NCBI GenBank assembly: GCA_019058275.1
Contig: JAHLVW010000066.1
Location: 64,001-128,000, forward strand
Reading direction: 5' to 3'
From: Candidatus Heimdallarchaeota archaeon
Lineage (GTDB): Archaea > Asgardarchaeota > Heimdallarchaeia > JABLTI01
DNA: 64,000 nt
Within the stretch, counting starts at the first letter, position 1, and the number at the start of each line of letters is the position of its first letter. The translations under genes and the position numbers were made by a program. Positions 52,402-62,364 of this stretch are shown one piece after another. Under the pieces are notes generated by a model. That model worked only from the letters and a program-made list of their open reading frames with translations, was not told where the DNA came from and searched no databases.

Positions 52402-53358
52402 ATGGTTCATAACGTGAATGGTGTTACTAAACTTCTAAATACTAAAGAAGTTTATTTGGAGCATACACCCAAAAACAAGTATAGTGAAATGGTTAAATTA
52501 ATGGAAGATAAAACCATATATGAGCTTTTACAAATTGCTACTAAAGATAAGAATCATTATCACCGTATTTTCGCTGTACATTTACTAGGAAAAAAGAGCG
52601 AGAAAAGAGATGAAATAGTTAACGTTTTACGAGAAGTTGTAACTTATGAGCACTATTCCGTTAGAAACGAAGCAATTTGGGCTTTGGCTAGATTAGGTGA
52701 TTTGAATATACAAGTATCACTTATTGAGATATATGCTACAAATAAGACGAATTTAGAAAAGACACTTACGGTAAAATTATTGGGTAAAATCGGAGACGAA
52801 AACTCAATTCCATTTCTTCTTAATGTCTGTGTAAATTCTGATAGCATTACTAGTTTAAGTGCCGGATCATCAATTCACGAAATATTAGATCGAATTGGTG
52901 TTAAACCACTTTTAAGAGAATTGCATAATGAAGATCTAAAAATAAGACAAGAAGTTGTATGGATTCTAAGTGCTCGCTGTAAATTTCTATATCGCTCAAA
53001 TGAGAAGAAAATCATCATTGAAGCTCTTAAAAATAAACTAGCTCAAGATCCTTCCATTCTTGTTCGTTTAGCAACAGCTTACAATCTGTCTGCACTAAAC
53101 ATTTCTGAAGGATCAAAAGAATTACTTATCTTGTGTATCTCAGGAAAGATTAAACGAGAAAGGCAAGCTTTCTTCCTAAACGAAGTTATTAGAGCATTTG
53201 TCTACAGACAGAAAGAATCATCATTAAAGCTTGTGAACAAGTTACACTTAGCAATTGAAAATTCTGAGGATTTTAGAAAAGATACTAAAACAACTAGAAT
53301 CATTTCAAAAATCGAGAAATCTATAAAGAATTTTGATAAAATTTTTGATATTATGTAA
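52402..53358 (+). CDS. HEAT-repeat protein
   Basis: VRNEAIWALARLG, LLGKIGDENSIPFLL, IRQEVVWIL repeats. Confidence 0.75.
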   Translation: MVHNVNGVTKLLNTKEVYLEHTPKNKYSEMVKLMEDKTIYELLQIATKDKNHYHRIFAVHLLGKKSEKRDEIVNVLREVVTYEHYSVRNEAIWALARLGDLNIQVSLIEIYATNKTNLEKTLTVKLLGKIGDENSIPFLLNVCVNSDSITSLSAGSSIHEILDRIGVKPLLRELHNEDLKIRQEVVWILSARCKFLYRSNEKKIIIEALKNKLAQDPSILVRLATAYNLSALNISEGSKELLILCISGKIKRERQAFFLNEVIRAFVYRQKESSLKLVNKLHLAIENSEDFRKDTKTTRIISKIEKSIKNFDKIFDIM

Positions 53359-53399
53359 GTAATTTTTATTTGATAAAAAAAGATATTTTAGTATAGTAA

Positions 53400-53490
53400 T
53401 AATTAACACAATCATGTTAATTAACAATTTTAATTACTAGCTAATTTGACCTTGAATTAACACATCTATGTTATATTTACCTATTTATAA
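53400..53490 (+). promoter_or_regulatory. Twin TAACA-N6-TGTTA operators plus TATA box upstream of the candidate ncRNA
   Basis: TAATTAACA-caatca-TGTTAATTA 53400-53423; AATTAACA-catcta-TGTTA 53455-53473; TTTATAA 53484-53490. Confidence 0.55.
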
Positions 53491-53511
53491 GAAGATGCTG
53501 ATATATTTATT

Positions 53512-53664
53512 GGCGATTAGGAAGCTAATGTATCGACAAGAAATCAACAAGGGTCTTGTATGTTGGTTTTTCTGGTGGTGCATTAGAAATAGACGAAAAG
53601 AAAATAGTCAAGATTCCTTTACCCAAAGGAGCTTGATGACATTCGGAAACGTCGACTAATCGCC
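53512..53664 (+). ncRNA. Unclassified structured ncRNA (~153 nt, three-way junction)
   Basis: 9-bp terminal stem GGCGATTAG/CTAATCGCC; two arms with five G-U pairs that fit only the + strand; TATA 28 bp upstream; T-tract downstream. Confidence 0.65.
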
Positions 53665-53690
53665 CCTTTTTGGTTATGGGATAATTTCAC

Positions 53691-54566
53691 TCAAATTGTA
53701 TCTGATCCAAATTCCTTGATTTTTTCTATGACTCTGATAGCTTCTAATGTTTCTCTTACATCATGAGTTCTAATCAAGCTTGCACCATGTAGAACAGCAA
53801 TACTAGTTGCTCCGAGAGAACCGTAAAGCCTATCTTTTGGGTCCTTGATGTCTAATATCTTCCCAATAAATGATTTTCTTGATAATCCAATGCAAATTGG
53901 TTGATTGAATTTCTTACCTATATCCTGCAGATGTTTCAAAATATGAGCATCAATCTTATACCACTTAAAATCTTCAATTCTATGAAAGCCAATATCTGGA
54001 TCAACAATTATCTTATCGAGCCCAATACCTGCGTCTTGAGCGATTTTTAGAGAATGATCTAGTGCTGAAATAACTCTCTCTGTTGGATTTCCTTTGAATC
54101 TGTTTAGCTTAGTGGCTCCAATGATAATTGGTACATCAAAATCTGCTGCTACTTTCGCTAAGCTAGGATCATCATTTAGTCCACTAATATCGTTAATCAT
54201 TTTAGCACCATTTTTTAAAGCTGCTTTAGCAACTATAGCTCTGGTAGTATCAATTGAGATTGGTTTTTTTATTTCATCAAGAATGATTTTTAATCCCTTT
54301 ACCACTCTATCACTTTCCTCTTTAGGAGAAATCTCAGTCTCGAGATAAGGAGCTGTACTTTTTGCACCAATATCAATTATATCTGCGCCCTCTTTTATTT
54401 GTCTGATAGCAGTTTGCAAAATACTTCCAGGACAAGTTTTAATTGAATCCTTGTAGAACGATTCTGGACTAAGGTTGATTACTCCTTGGATCTTTACAGA
54501 TTCATTTATTCCTATCTTCAATTCATCTAATTTAACAATACTCAATTGAAAAGCTCCTATCTTCAT
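53691..54566 (-). CDS. folP: Dihydropteroate synthase
   Basis: GVINLSPESF, IDIGAKST, SIDT, INDISG, DPDIGF, GLSRKSF, RTHDV. Confidence 0.92.
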   Translation of the reverse strand: MKIGAFQLSIVKLDELKIGINESVKIQGVINLSPESFYKDSIKTCPGSILQTAIRQIKEGADIIDIGAKSTAPYLETEISPKEESDRVVKGLKIILDEIKKPISIDTTRAIVAKAALKNGAKMINDISGLNDDPSLAKVAADFDVPIIIGATKLNRFKGNPTERVISALDHSLKIAQDAGIGLDKIIVDPDIGFHRIEDFKWYKIDAHILKHLQDIGKKFNQPICIGLSRKSFIGKILDIKDPKDRLYGSLGATSIAVLHGASLIRTHDVRETLEAIRVIEKIKEFGSDTI

Positions 54567-54661
54567 ACACTAATTAATCCATTAAAAATTAAACGGATAA
54601 TTTTCCAAAGACTTTTTTAATTCTTTTGAGATGTTAGTTCGCATTTCACAAGGTTAGAGCA

Positions 54662-56713
54662 ATGAAAATCATGAAGAACAAAAGATTTAATCGTCTTAAA
54701 GAGAAATTTAGATATTTTGATGATTCATTAGATTTAGAAGAACGTGTTAATATACTTCTCGGTGAGTTAAGGTTAAAGGAAAAGTTTCGCTTAGTATCTG
54801 GGTTAAACTTCTCTTGGTGGACAACAAAACCAATAAGACGATTAAAAATTAAACGACTTGGAATGACTGATGGACCAATTGGTGCAGCAACCCATTCATC
54901 ACATTTCAAGAAAAATACCGAATTCCCTTGTAGTAAAAATTTAAGTTCAACTTGGAATCGCACTCTAGCATATGACTATGGTCTTGCTATTGCAAAAGAA
55001 GTTCGAGATTTAGGTCGTCATGTTTTACTTGGACCAGGAATAAATATTGATCGAACACCATTAAACGGTAGAACTTATGAATATCTTAGTGAAGATCCAC
55101 ATTTAACACAAGAAATGGCTATTCCTTATGTTCAAGGTGTTCAAAGCCAACGAATTGGTGCTTGTATTAAGCACTATGTAGCTAATAACCAAGAAACTAA
55201 TCGCTTTTATGTCAATGTTAATGTTGATGAAAGAACACTAAATGAAATTTATTTGAAAGCTTACAAAGGTGTAATTGAAAAAGCGGATCCTTGGGTATTC
55301 ATGAGTTGTTATAATAAAATAAATGGAACACATGGTTGTGAAAATAAAGAATTGCTCCGAGATACATTAATGGATAAATGGGGATTCAATGGTTTTGTAG
55401 TAACTGATTGGTTCGCAACAAGAAGAATATCTGAACCTGTGAAGAGTTTGCTTGCTGGATTATCTTTAGAAATGCCATTAACACTTATTTACAAATTGAG
55501 ATTCCTAAAAAAAGCATTCAAAGAAGGAAAGTTCTCAGAGGATGATCTTAATTTTGTCATTAGACGTTTACTTCGAGTTATGTTCTTAGTTGGTTTATTT
55601 GATAGTTCAGATAAAGTTCCAAAGGGAGAAAGAAATACCCCTGAACATCAAATGCTTGCAAAAAAAATAGCAGAAGAAAGTATCGTACTACTGAAAAACG
55701 ATAACAATCTTTTACCACTAGACATCAATGAAGTTAGAAAAATTGCAGTTCTTGGTCCAAACGCTAAGAAAAAAATGGGTCGGCTTCTTTACGGTGGAGC
55801 AGCAGCAGTCCATCCACCATACGAAATCACACCTTTACAAGGTTTAGAAGAGATAAGTGAAGGGAGAATAGAGCTAATAAATGACGTAGCATCTGCTGAT
55901 GTATGCATTCTATTTTTAGGACTCAATCATAGCAAAGGAAATGATTGTGAGAATTTTGATAGAAAGAACTTAGAATTACCTATAAAACAAATTCAATTAA
56001 TTAAGGAAACTGTAAAGAAAAATCAAAATGTAATTGTTGTTTTGAAAAACGGTAGTCCAATAGCAATGGATAATTGGATAGATTTGGTACCTGCTTTAGT
56101 AGAAGCTTGGTACCCTGGATTGGAAGGAGGAAGAGCTTTAGCAAATGTCCTATTTGGTGATGTTAATCCCTCAGGAAAATTACCAATAACATTTCCAAAA
56201 AGATTAGTGGATTCACCAGCACATAAATCTCAAAGAACCTATCCTGGAGATGAGAATGTGTATTATGAGGAAGGTCTGTTTGTAGGATATAGACATTTTG
56301 ACATTGAAAACATTGAACCTCTATTCCCATTTGGGTTTGGACTCTCTTATACCACCTTTGAATATAGTAATTGTAAATTAGATAGGAAAACGATTACACC
56401 AGAAGAAGAACTGACTATTTCATTAGAAATAAAAAATACTGGAGAAAGAAAAGGTTCAGAAATAGTTCAAATGTACATATCTGATAATGAATGTTCAGTT
56501 AAAAGACCTAAGAAGGAATTGAAGAATTTTGCAAAAGTCAATTTGCAACCTGGCGAAAAGAAAGCAGTAAGCTTTAAGCTAACTATTGATGATTTAACTT
56601 TTTATGACATGGACGCTCATAATTGGAAATATGAACCAGGAACATTTACAGTGTTAATTGGTAGTTCATCAAGAAACATACATTTGGAGCAAAAGATTGA
56701 ACTAAGAGAGTGA
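54662..56713 (+). CDS. GH3 beta-glucosidase with Fn3-like C-terminus
   Basis: TDGPIG, LGPGINI.R.PLNGR, KHYVANNQE, VTDW, NPSGKLP, PFGFGLSYT. Confidence 0.93.
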   Translation: MKIMKNKRFNRLKEKFRYFDDSLDLEERVNILLGELRLKEKFRLVSGLNFSWWTTKPIRRLKIKRLGMTDGPIGAATHSSHFKKNTEFPCSKNLSSTWNRTLAYDYGLAIAKEVRDLGRHVLLGPGINIDRTPLNGRTYEYLSEDPHLTQEMAIPYVQGVQSQRIGACIKHYVANNQETNRFYVNVNVDERTLNEIYLKAYKGVIEKADPWVFMSCYNKINGTHGCENKELLRDTLMDKWGFNGFVVTDWFATRRISEPVKSLLAGLSLEMPLTLIYKLRFLKKAFKEGKFSEDDLNFVIRRLLRVMFLVGLFDSSDKVPKGERNTPEHQMLAKKIAEESIVLLKNDNNLLPLDINEVRKIAVLGPNAKKKMGRLLYGGAAAVHPPYEITPLQGLEEISEGRIELINDVASADVCILFLGLNHSKGNDCENFDRKNLELPIKQIQLIKETVKKNQNVIVVLKNGSPIAMDNWIDLVPALVEAWYPGLEGGRALANVLFGDVNPSGKLPITFPKRLVDSPAHKSQRTYPGDENVYYEEGLFVGYRHFDIENIEPLFPFGFGLSYTTFEYSNCKLDRKTITPEEELTISLEIKNTGERKGSEIVQMYISDNECSVKRPKKELKNFAKVNLQPGEKKAVSFKLTIDDLTFYDMDAHNWKYEPGTFTVLIGSSSRNIHLEQKIELRE

Positions 56714-56749
56714 TATTCAATACATAAAACTATTTTGCGCTGATTCCTC

Positions 56750-58119
56750 TTGGAAAATGCTGAAGAAACCAATAATAAAATGAAACGTATTTCAGCTAAA
56801 CAAAAGTCATATATGGGAATGACAAAAGCTGGTGGAGATATACTGGGTGTTTTGTTCAATGGTGCTCTTCTTACTTTTTATATTGATGAACTCAATATGG
56901 ATCCAAAACTGTTTGGAATAGTCATGATAATATTCGCAGTATGGAATGCTATCAACGATCCAATGTTTGGCTATATTTCTGACAAAAGAAAAATGGATTC
57001 AAAAGGAAAAAGAACATTCTTCATAAGACTGTCTATACCAATATACTTGATTGGTTATCTATTGTTTTGGGTAGCATTTCCGAATTGGTCTCAAGCTTCA
57101 CTGTTTATTTTCTTACTAATTGCTTTATTCATTTTTGATACTGGGCTAACAATTTACGGTCTTAATTTAAGTGCTATACAAACAAGCCAAACCACAGATT
57201 CAAATGAAAGAACAAGAATCATGGTTGTTGCTTCTGTAATTAGTTTTCTGCCTTTAGGTTTAGCAGCTATTTTACCGAATATAGTTTTCACATCTAACCT
57301 TTCTTTAATCCATATTCGATTAATTTTCTTGGTAATGGCTATTATTGCAGCCATTTTTATGTTTGTAGGATCTTTTAAAATGAAAGAACACTCGCTAGAA
57401 GAAGAAGGTGTTGAACCACTACCTGTTTGGTCAGCAGTTAAAGAAACTTTCAAATCAAAATCCTTCATATTGTTTGTTATAGTTAATTTCATGCTTGTTG
57501 GTGTAGCTACAAATATCGTTGGTGTAATGCCTCTTTATTTCAAGTACGTATCTCAAATTGATGGATTAACAGTTTTATTTGTTAGTATTCCAAAGGTGTA
57601 TTACAAATACCTTTCTATTTTCTGTATGGTTATCTACAAAGGAAAATAGGTATAAAATATTCAGCATGTATTATAGTCAGTGTAATGTTAGTTGGGTTAG
57701 TTGGTTTATTCTTCCCAATACATATTGTATTTACAACAATATCCTATGGATTAGTTTTAATGATGATTACTTTCTGGTATGTAATAGTCAATCCAATGAT
57801 TGGAGATGTTGCAGATGAGGATGAAATAAGAACTGGCTGTCGAAGGGAGGGAATGTTCTTTGGAATTAATGCATTGATAACAAAACCAGCAATTTCGCTA
57901 ATTATCTTCCTTTTTACAATAATCATAGATCGATTTGGTTATGATTCTGAACTAGATTTACAAACAGCACAAACACAACTAGGCATTCGTATTGGAATAA
58001 GTATGTTGTCTTTAGCTTTTCTTGTACTTGCTATAGTACCATTAATACTGTATCCATTGTATGGAAAGAAAATTCAAGAAATAAAAATGGTGTTAAAAAC
58101 AAAACATGAGAAATTATAG
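56750..58119 (+). pseudogene. GPH/MelB-type MFS sugar transporter, frameshifted near 57592
   Basis: WNAINDPMFGYISD in the first frame; DVADEDE...RREGMFFG in the second frame; reading continues after a 1-bp shift. Confidence 0.8.
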
Positions 58120-58190
58120 TAAGACAAATGCAAAAACTAGCTATGATAAATCTTATAAAATGGTGTCTTTCATATCAAATAAATGGCTTT

Positions 58191-58279
58191 GCCGAGGTAG
58201 CCAAGCCCGGACCACGGCGCTGGTCTTGAAAACCAGTTCTCGTAAGGGAGCGCGAGTTCGAATCTCGTCCTCGGCACCA
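58191..58279 (+). tRNA. tRNA-Ser(TGA) with long variable arm; CCA encoded
   Basis: GCCGAGG/CCTCGGC acceptor stem; CTGGT-CTTGAAA-ACCAG anticodon arm; GTTCGAATC T-loop. Confidence 0.92.
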
Positions 58280-58298
58280 ATTTTTTTCTTTATATTAT

Positions 58299-59072
58299 TC
58301 AAATTCTATATTCTGCTTTTCTAATATTTTTGACAATATTGTTGCTTGAATCTTCGATTATCTCTTTAGCGTAAGCTGTTTTAGTAATATATTGTACATT
58401 ATTTTTAATACCTAATTCCTTATTCCATTGTTGCTTCTTTTCATCTGATAATTTTTCAAAAAATTTATCCCATTTTGATAACCACTCTTTATAATTCTCT
58501 TTTAATTCTTCATCTGTAGGAATTTTGTAAGTATTTTTGTGAACAAGAGTATCGACAGGTAAACAAGTCCGTAATCCAGGAATATTTGCAGGATAACCAA
58601 TTGATAACATCCCAGCAGCAAAGACATAATCTGGTAATTCAAATAATTCTTGATTTTCTGTTCCTAAAATCATTCCAATATAACAAGTTCCCAACCTCAT
58701 GCTCTCAGCAGCTATTGCAATATTATGTAGAGCAATGAGTGCATCCCACATACCAATGAAAATACTATCAATTGAATCGAAATGAAATGGTGCATCAAAA
58801 GCATCACATAATCTTTTAAAACGATAATAATCAACTAGTGAAACGATGCAAATTGGTGCTTCTGCAATAAAAGACGCAACAACTTCTTTCCCAATTTTCT
58901 TTAATTTCTCCTTATCATCTAAAACCTATAGTGAAAAATTTTGTAAATTTCCTGAAGAAGGAGCCCTAATACCAACCTTCAGAAGCAGATCTAGAACCTT
59001 AGGTTCTATGGATTTGTCTTAGTATTTTCTAATAGACCTATGATTTAAAAGACATTCAATAGTTGTATCCAT
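58299..59072 (-). pseudogene. NfsA-like nitroreductase, disrupted
   Basis: MDTTIECLLNHRSIRKY* ... RAPSSGNLQNFSL* (in-frame TAA and TAG); C-terminal part DALIALHNIAIAAESMRLGTCYIG...IGYP. Confidence 0.8.
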
Positions 59073-59234
59073 AATTAACAAACAACCTTTACAGATTTTG
59101 CTTTATAACAACTTTATTTGTCATTAAAAGAAATTGGTTAGTCTTATTTGGAGTAAGAAGAAAAATATTGCCCTTTAAGGGATCTTTTTATTTCTTCTTT
59201 TAGACAATTTTATGTCAGTAATCATATCAAATCA

Positions 59235-59777
59235 ATGTCTATATTCACTGAAAAGGGATTTCTCTCAATGAAAGTAAATGAGAATCAAACCTTCTTTATA
59301 GCTGGGAAGAATACAAAGTACTTTAATGAGATTGAAAATGAATATCAACAACAAGAATCAATTGTTCGAAATTTCATCAAGGATCAACAACGACCAGCAA
59401 ATGATCTTTGGGTAGCTGCCTCAGTACAAGCTATAGGAAAAATAGCTAAATCTGTTGAAAATAATGATTATTCTAAAACAAGAAAGTTAATTGTAAAATT
59501 CATTTCACAGTTGCTAGTGTGGGTAGATATTTTTAATCATGATGATTTTAACGAAGTAACTACAAAAACAAAACAAATCTATCATCTTTCTTTCAATACA
59601 ATCCTAGTTAAATTAATTGGCGAGTTATCACAGGAAGTTTTAAGAAATGACAATGAAACTATACAGCAAAAATTAGCTATTTTTCGTTCATTTTGTGAAC
59701 AGTGGATTGATAGGATAGCCAACCCGGATATGAAACAAATAGATATAAAGGATCTTTCTCACGAGATAGAAGAATAG
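59235..59777 (+). CDS. Hypothetical all-alpha protein with two internal repeats
   Basis: 180-aa ORF; repeats IGKIAKSVENND...W and IGELSQEVLRND...W. Confidence 0.5.
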   Translation: MSIFTEKGFLSMKVNENQTFFIAGKNTKYFNEIENEYQQQESIVRNFIKDQQRPANDLWVAASVQAIGKIAKSVENNDYSKTRKLIVKFISQLLVWVDIFNHDDFNEVTTKTKQIYHLSFNTILVKLIGELSQEVLRNDNETIQQKLAIFRSFCEQWIDRIANPDMKQIDIKDLSHEIEE

Positions 59778-59942
59778 TACTGGCATACAGAGGCTGAAAA
59801 ACATGATGGATTAGATGTTCTTTTTTCAGAATTAGAAGAAGAGATCTAGTTTTTTGTCTAAAAGTTAGATTTTTTAGCTTTTTTCAGATTTATGTCTATT
59901 TTTATATTAATTATTGTACATAGTATATCTTGAACCTATATC

Positions 59943-60058
59943 TCGGCCAAATTTAGGGTTCCTAGCTGCGTCCGTGTTGGGAAACCTTCTATCATCAATT
60001 CAACACCCTCCTAAATAGAAGGAATTTAACTCTTCCCTTTTTAGCCAGCACGGACCGA
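59943..60058. ncRNA. Candidate structured RNA / cis-element upstream of archease
   Basis: GC-rich island; helices 59970-59980/60045-60055 and 59985-59992/60015-60022; alternative pairing 59951-59957/60010-60016. Confidence 0.45.
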
Positions 60059-60116
60059 CTAGTAATTAGTAGTATGTTATTGATATTCTTATACTGAAAA
60101 ACTTTAGAAAGGATAA

Positions 60117-60575
60117 TTGAGTTTAATGCTATTGAAGATAATTAAGGAAGATCCTGTTTTGAGTTATGAATTTCTTGAACACACAGCCGATGTCATCATC
60201 AATGCAAAAGGTAAAGATTTGAAAGAAGCATTCGAACAAGCTGCTTTAGGTTTTTATGATATGATTACGGATTTAGCAATTATTGATACAAAAATAGAAC
60301 TGGAAATTGAATTTGAATCTGAAGACTACGAATCATTATTGTATGATTGGATTGATTGGCTTATCTATTATTTCGACACTAAACATTTTATTTCTAACAA
60401 AATACAAGTAATAACTTTGGAAAAGATAAATGAGAGCAAAATTACCTTTAAAGCAACCTTAAAGGGAGAAAAATTTAATTTGGAAAAACACACTCAAGGA
60501 ACAGAAGTAAAAGCAATGACTTATTCTTTTATGAAAATTGGCGATAATTTCGTTGAATTTACTCTTGATTTATAA
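60117..60575 (+). CDS. Archease (RtcB cofactor)
   Basis: YEFLEHTADV, LYDW, EVKAMTY, LDL; start may be TTG 60159. Confidence 0.9.
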   Translation: MSLMLLKIIKEDPVLSYEFLEHTADVIINAKGKDLKEAFEQAALGFYDMITDLAIIDTKIELEIEFESEDYESLLYDWIDWLIYYFDTKHFISNKIQVITLEKINESKITFKATLKGEKFNLEKHTQGTEVKAMTYSFMKIGDNFVEFTLDL

Positions 60576-60675
60576 TATTATTAGCTTGAAGATAGACATA
60601 ATAAACTGATAATGTTGTTCATGGTAATAATAAAACTCAAAAAGTACCTCCATATGAGCTTTGAAGAGTGAGATT

Positions 60676-62301
60676 ATGTCAAAGAGAAGAGATCTAGTTA
60701 GAGAATTATTGGATAGACACTGCTTAATTACTCCTGAGTCCTACGAAATTCTCGAAGATCTTGATGAAGATGTTATAGATATTGATAAGCTTGCTGAGGT
60801 TTTGAAGGATGAAATTGTTGTTACTGCTGAAAAATTAAATGAAGCCCTATCATCATTTGTAGAAATTCTCTCAGAGGGGGAAATTGATGCAGAATTAGAA
60901 ATAAATCAACCTACAATAGAAATAAGACAAGAAATCGACAAGCAAGAGATTAGAGAGAAAAGTTCTGATGTAACAGAAATGAAAATAAAACCTAAGAAAA
61001 AAATTACAAAGGTTGAATTTGATCCAATAGGTAAAAAGATAAAACCTAAGATAAAAGTTCTGCAAGATTCTTCAGGTAAAACAACTATTGAAGGTACTAT
61101 TGTTGATTTTCGTAAATACTTTTTGAGTAGATATAATCAATTAAGAAATATTTTGAAGAAAAGAGGAGATATTGCAGGATTACTTAGCATTAGAGATTTA
61201 GATAGGGCAAAACTAGAAGCAAATGAACGGATTACTGTTATTGGTATTGTTACAGAAAAAAAATCTTTGAAAAATGGTGGTATGTTAATTGATGTTGAGG
61301 ATCCAACTGGGCACTTGACGCTAACAATTTCTGCTAAAAATCCTGAATTGGTAGGCAAATCAGGAACGCTATTACAAGATCAAATTGCTGGTTTTTATGG
61401 TAGGTTATACGAAGAAATGTTTATTGTTGAGGATTTGATTTTTCCAGACATCCCAATAAGCGCTACGAAACCAAAAATTTCAGATCAAATTAGTGTATGT
61501 ATGACAAGTGATCTACATATTGGTAGCAAAGAGTTTCTGGAAGATTCTTTCAATAATCTTTTGGATTTTCTTAATGGTCGAATTGATGATCCTTATCAAC
61601 AAACAATTGCTAGCCAGGTTAAATATCTAATAGTTAATGGTGACCTTGTTGAAGGTATAGGTATTTATCCAAAACAAGAAGATGATTTGTTAATTACAGA
61701 TATTTATGATCAATACAAACATGCTGCTAATCTTTTAGCGAAAGTACCGGATTGGATTAACATAATAATCACTTCCGGAAACCACGATGCTTGTCGATTA
61801 GCACTACCACAACCAGCTGTTAGCAAAGAGTATGCTCCAGATTTATGGAAGATGTCTAATGTCACATTTCTTTCAAATCCTTCGACAGTAGAAATTCATG
61901 GAAAAGTTTTCTTAATATATCATGGAAATTCATTTGAAGATGTAGCATCCTTAACTCCGGGTCTAAGTGTGAACGATCCAAATGGTCCCATGATCTACAC
62001 TCTAAGATATCGTCATTTAGCACCAACATATGGAAGAAGAAGTAGTATTGTTCCAACCCTGAAGGACGAACTAGTTATCGAAAAAGTTCCACAGGTTTAT
62101 CATACAGGGCATATTCACATTAATTCTCATACTCGATACCGGGGTGTTGAATGTATTAATTCAGGTACATTTCAATCGCAAACAGATTACATGTTGTCTA
62201 AAAACATAAATCCTACTCCCGGTAGAGTACCAATCTTAAATTTACAAACTAACAAATTGCATGAATTGGTGTTTTTTGAAAAGACTGAACCTAGGAAGTA
62301 A
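60676..62301 (+). CDS. polD1: DNA polymerase D small (exonuclease) subunit DP1
   Basis: YFLSRY, EDPTG, SDLHIGS, GDLVEGIGIYPKQ, GNHD, YHG, RHLAPTYG, GHIH, NSGTFQSQT. Confidence 0.95.
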   Translation: MSKRRDLVRELLDRHCLITPESYEILEDLDEDVIDIDKLAEVLKDEIVVTAEKLNEALSSFVEILSEGEIDAELEINQPTIEIRQEIDKQEIREKSSDVTEMKIKPKKKITKVEFDPIGKKIKPKIKVLQDSSGKTTIEGTIVDFRKYFLSRYNQLRNILKKRGDIAGLLSIRDLDRAKLEANERITVIGIVTEKKSLKNGGMLIDVEDPTGHLTLTISAKNPELVGKSGTLLQDQIAGFYGRLYEEMFIVEDLIFPDIPISATKPKISDQISVCMTSDLHIGSKEFLEDSFNNLLDFLNGRIDDPYQQTIASQVKYLIVNGDLVEGIGIYPKQEDDLLITDIYDQYKHAANLLAKVPDWINIIITSGNHDACRLALPQPAVSKEYAPDLWKMSNVTFLSNPSTVEIHGKVFLIYHGNSFEDVASLTPGLSVNDPNGPMIYTLRYRHLAPTYGRRSSIVPTLKDELVIEKVPQVYHTGHIHINSHTRYRGVECINSGTFQSQTDYMLSKNINPTPGRVPILNLQTNKLHELVFFEKTEPRK

Positions 62302-62364
62302 CCATAATAGCTATTACCAAAAGCTTTTTCTTTTATTATATCTGCGAGAAAATGTTGATTTACA

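Noticed and set aside
53600-53655. Hammerhead ribozyme (TTGATGA...GAAAC with an upstream GTC)
   Set aside because: The core is not CUGAnGA, stem II is essentially absent, and stems I and III do not pair in the required register.
53468-53659. 63-aa ORF overlapping the candidate ncRNA
   Set aside because: It starts upstream of the TATA box, has no recognisable features, and the region is better explained by RNA pairing.
59943-60058. 5S rRNA or guanidine-I/cobalamin riboswitch
   Set aside because: Only short fragments match (CCCAACACGGA; TAGGGTTCC; AAAAGGGAA); the remaining conserved elements and helices are missing.
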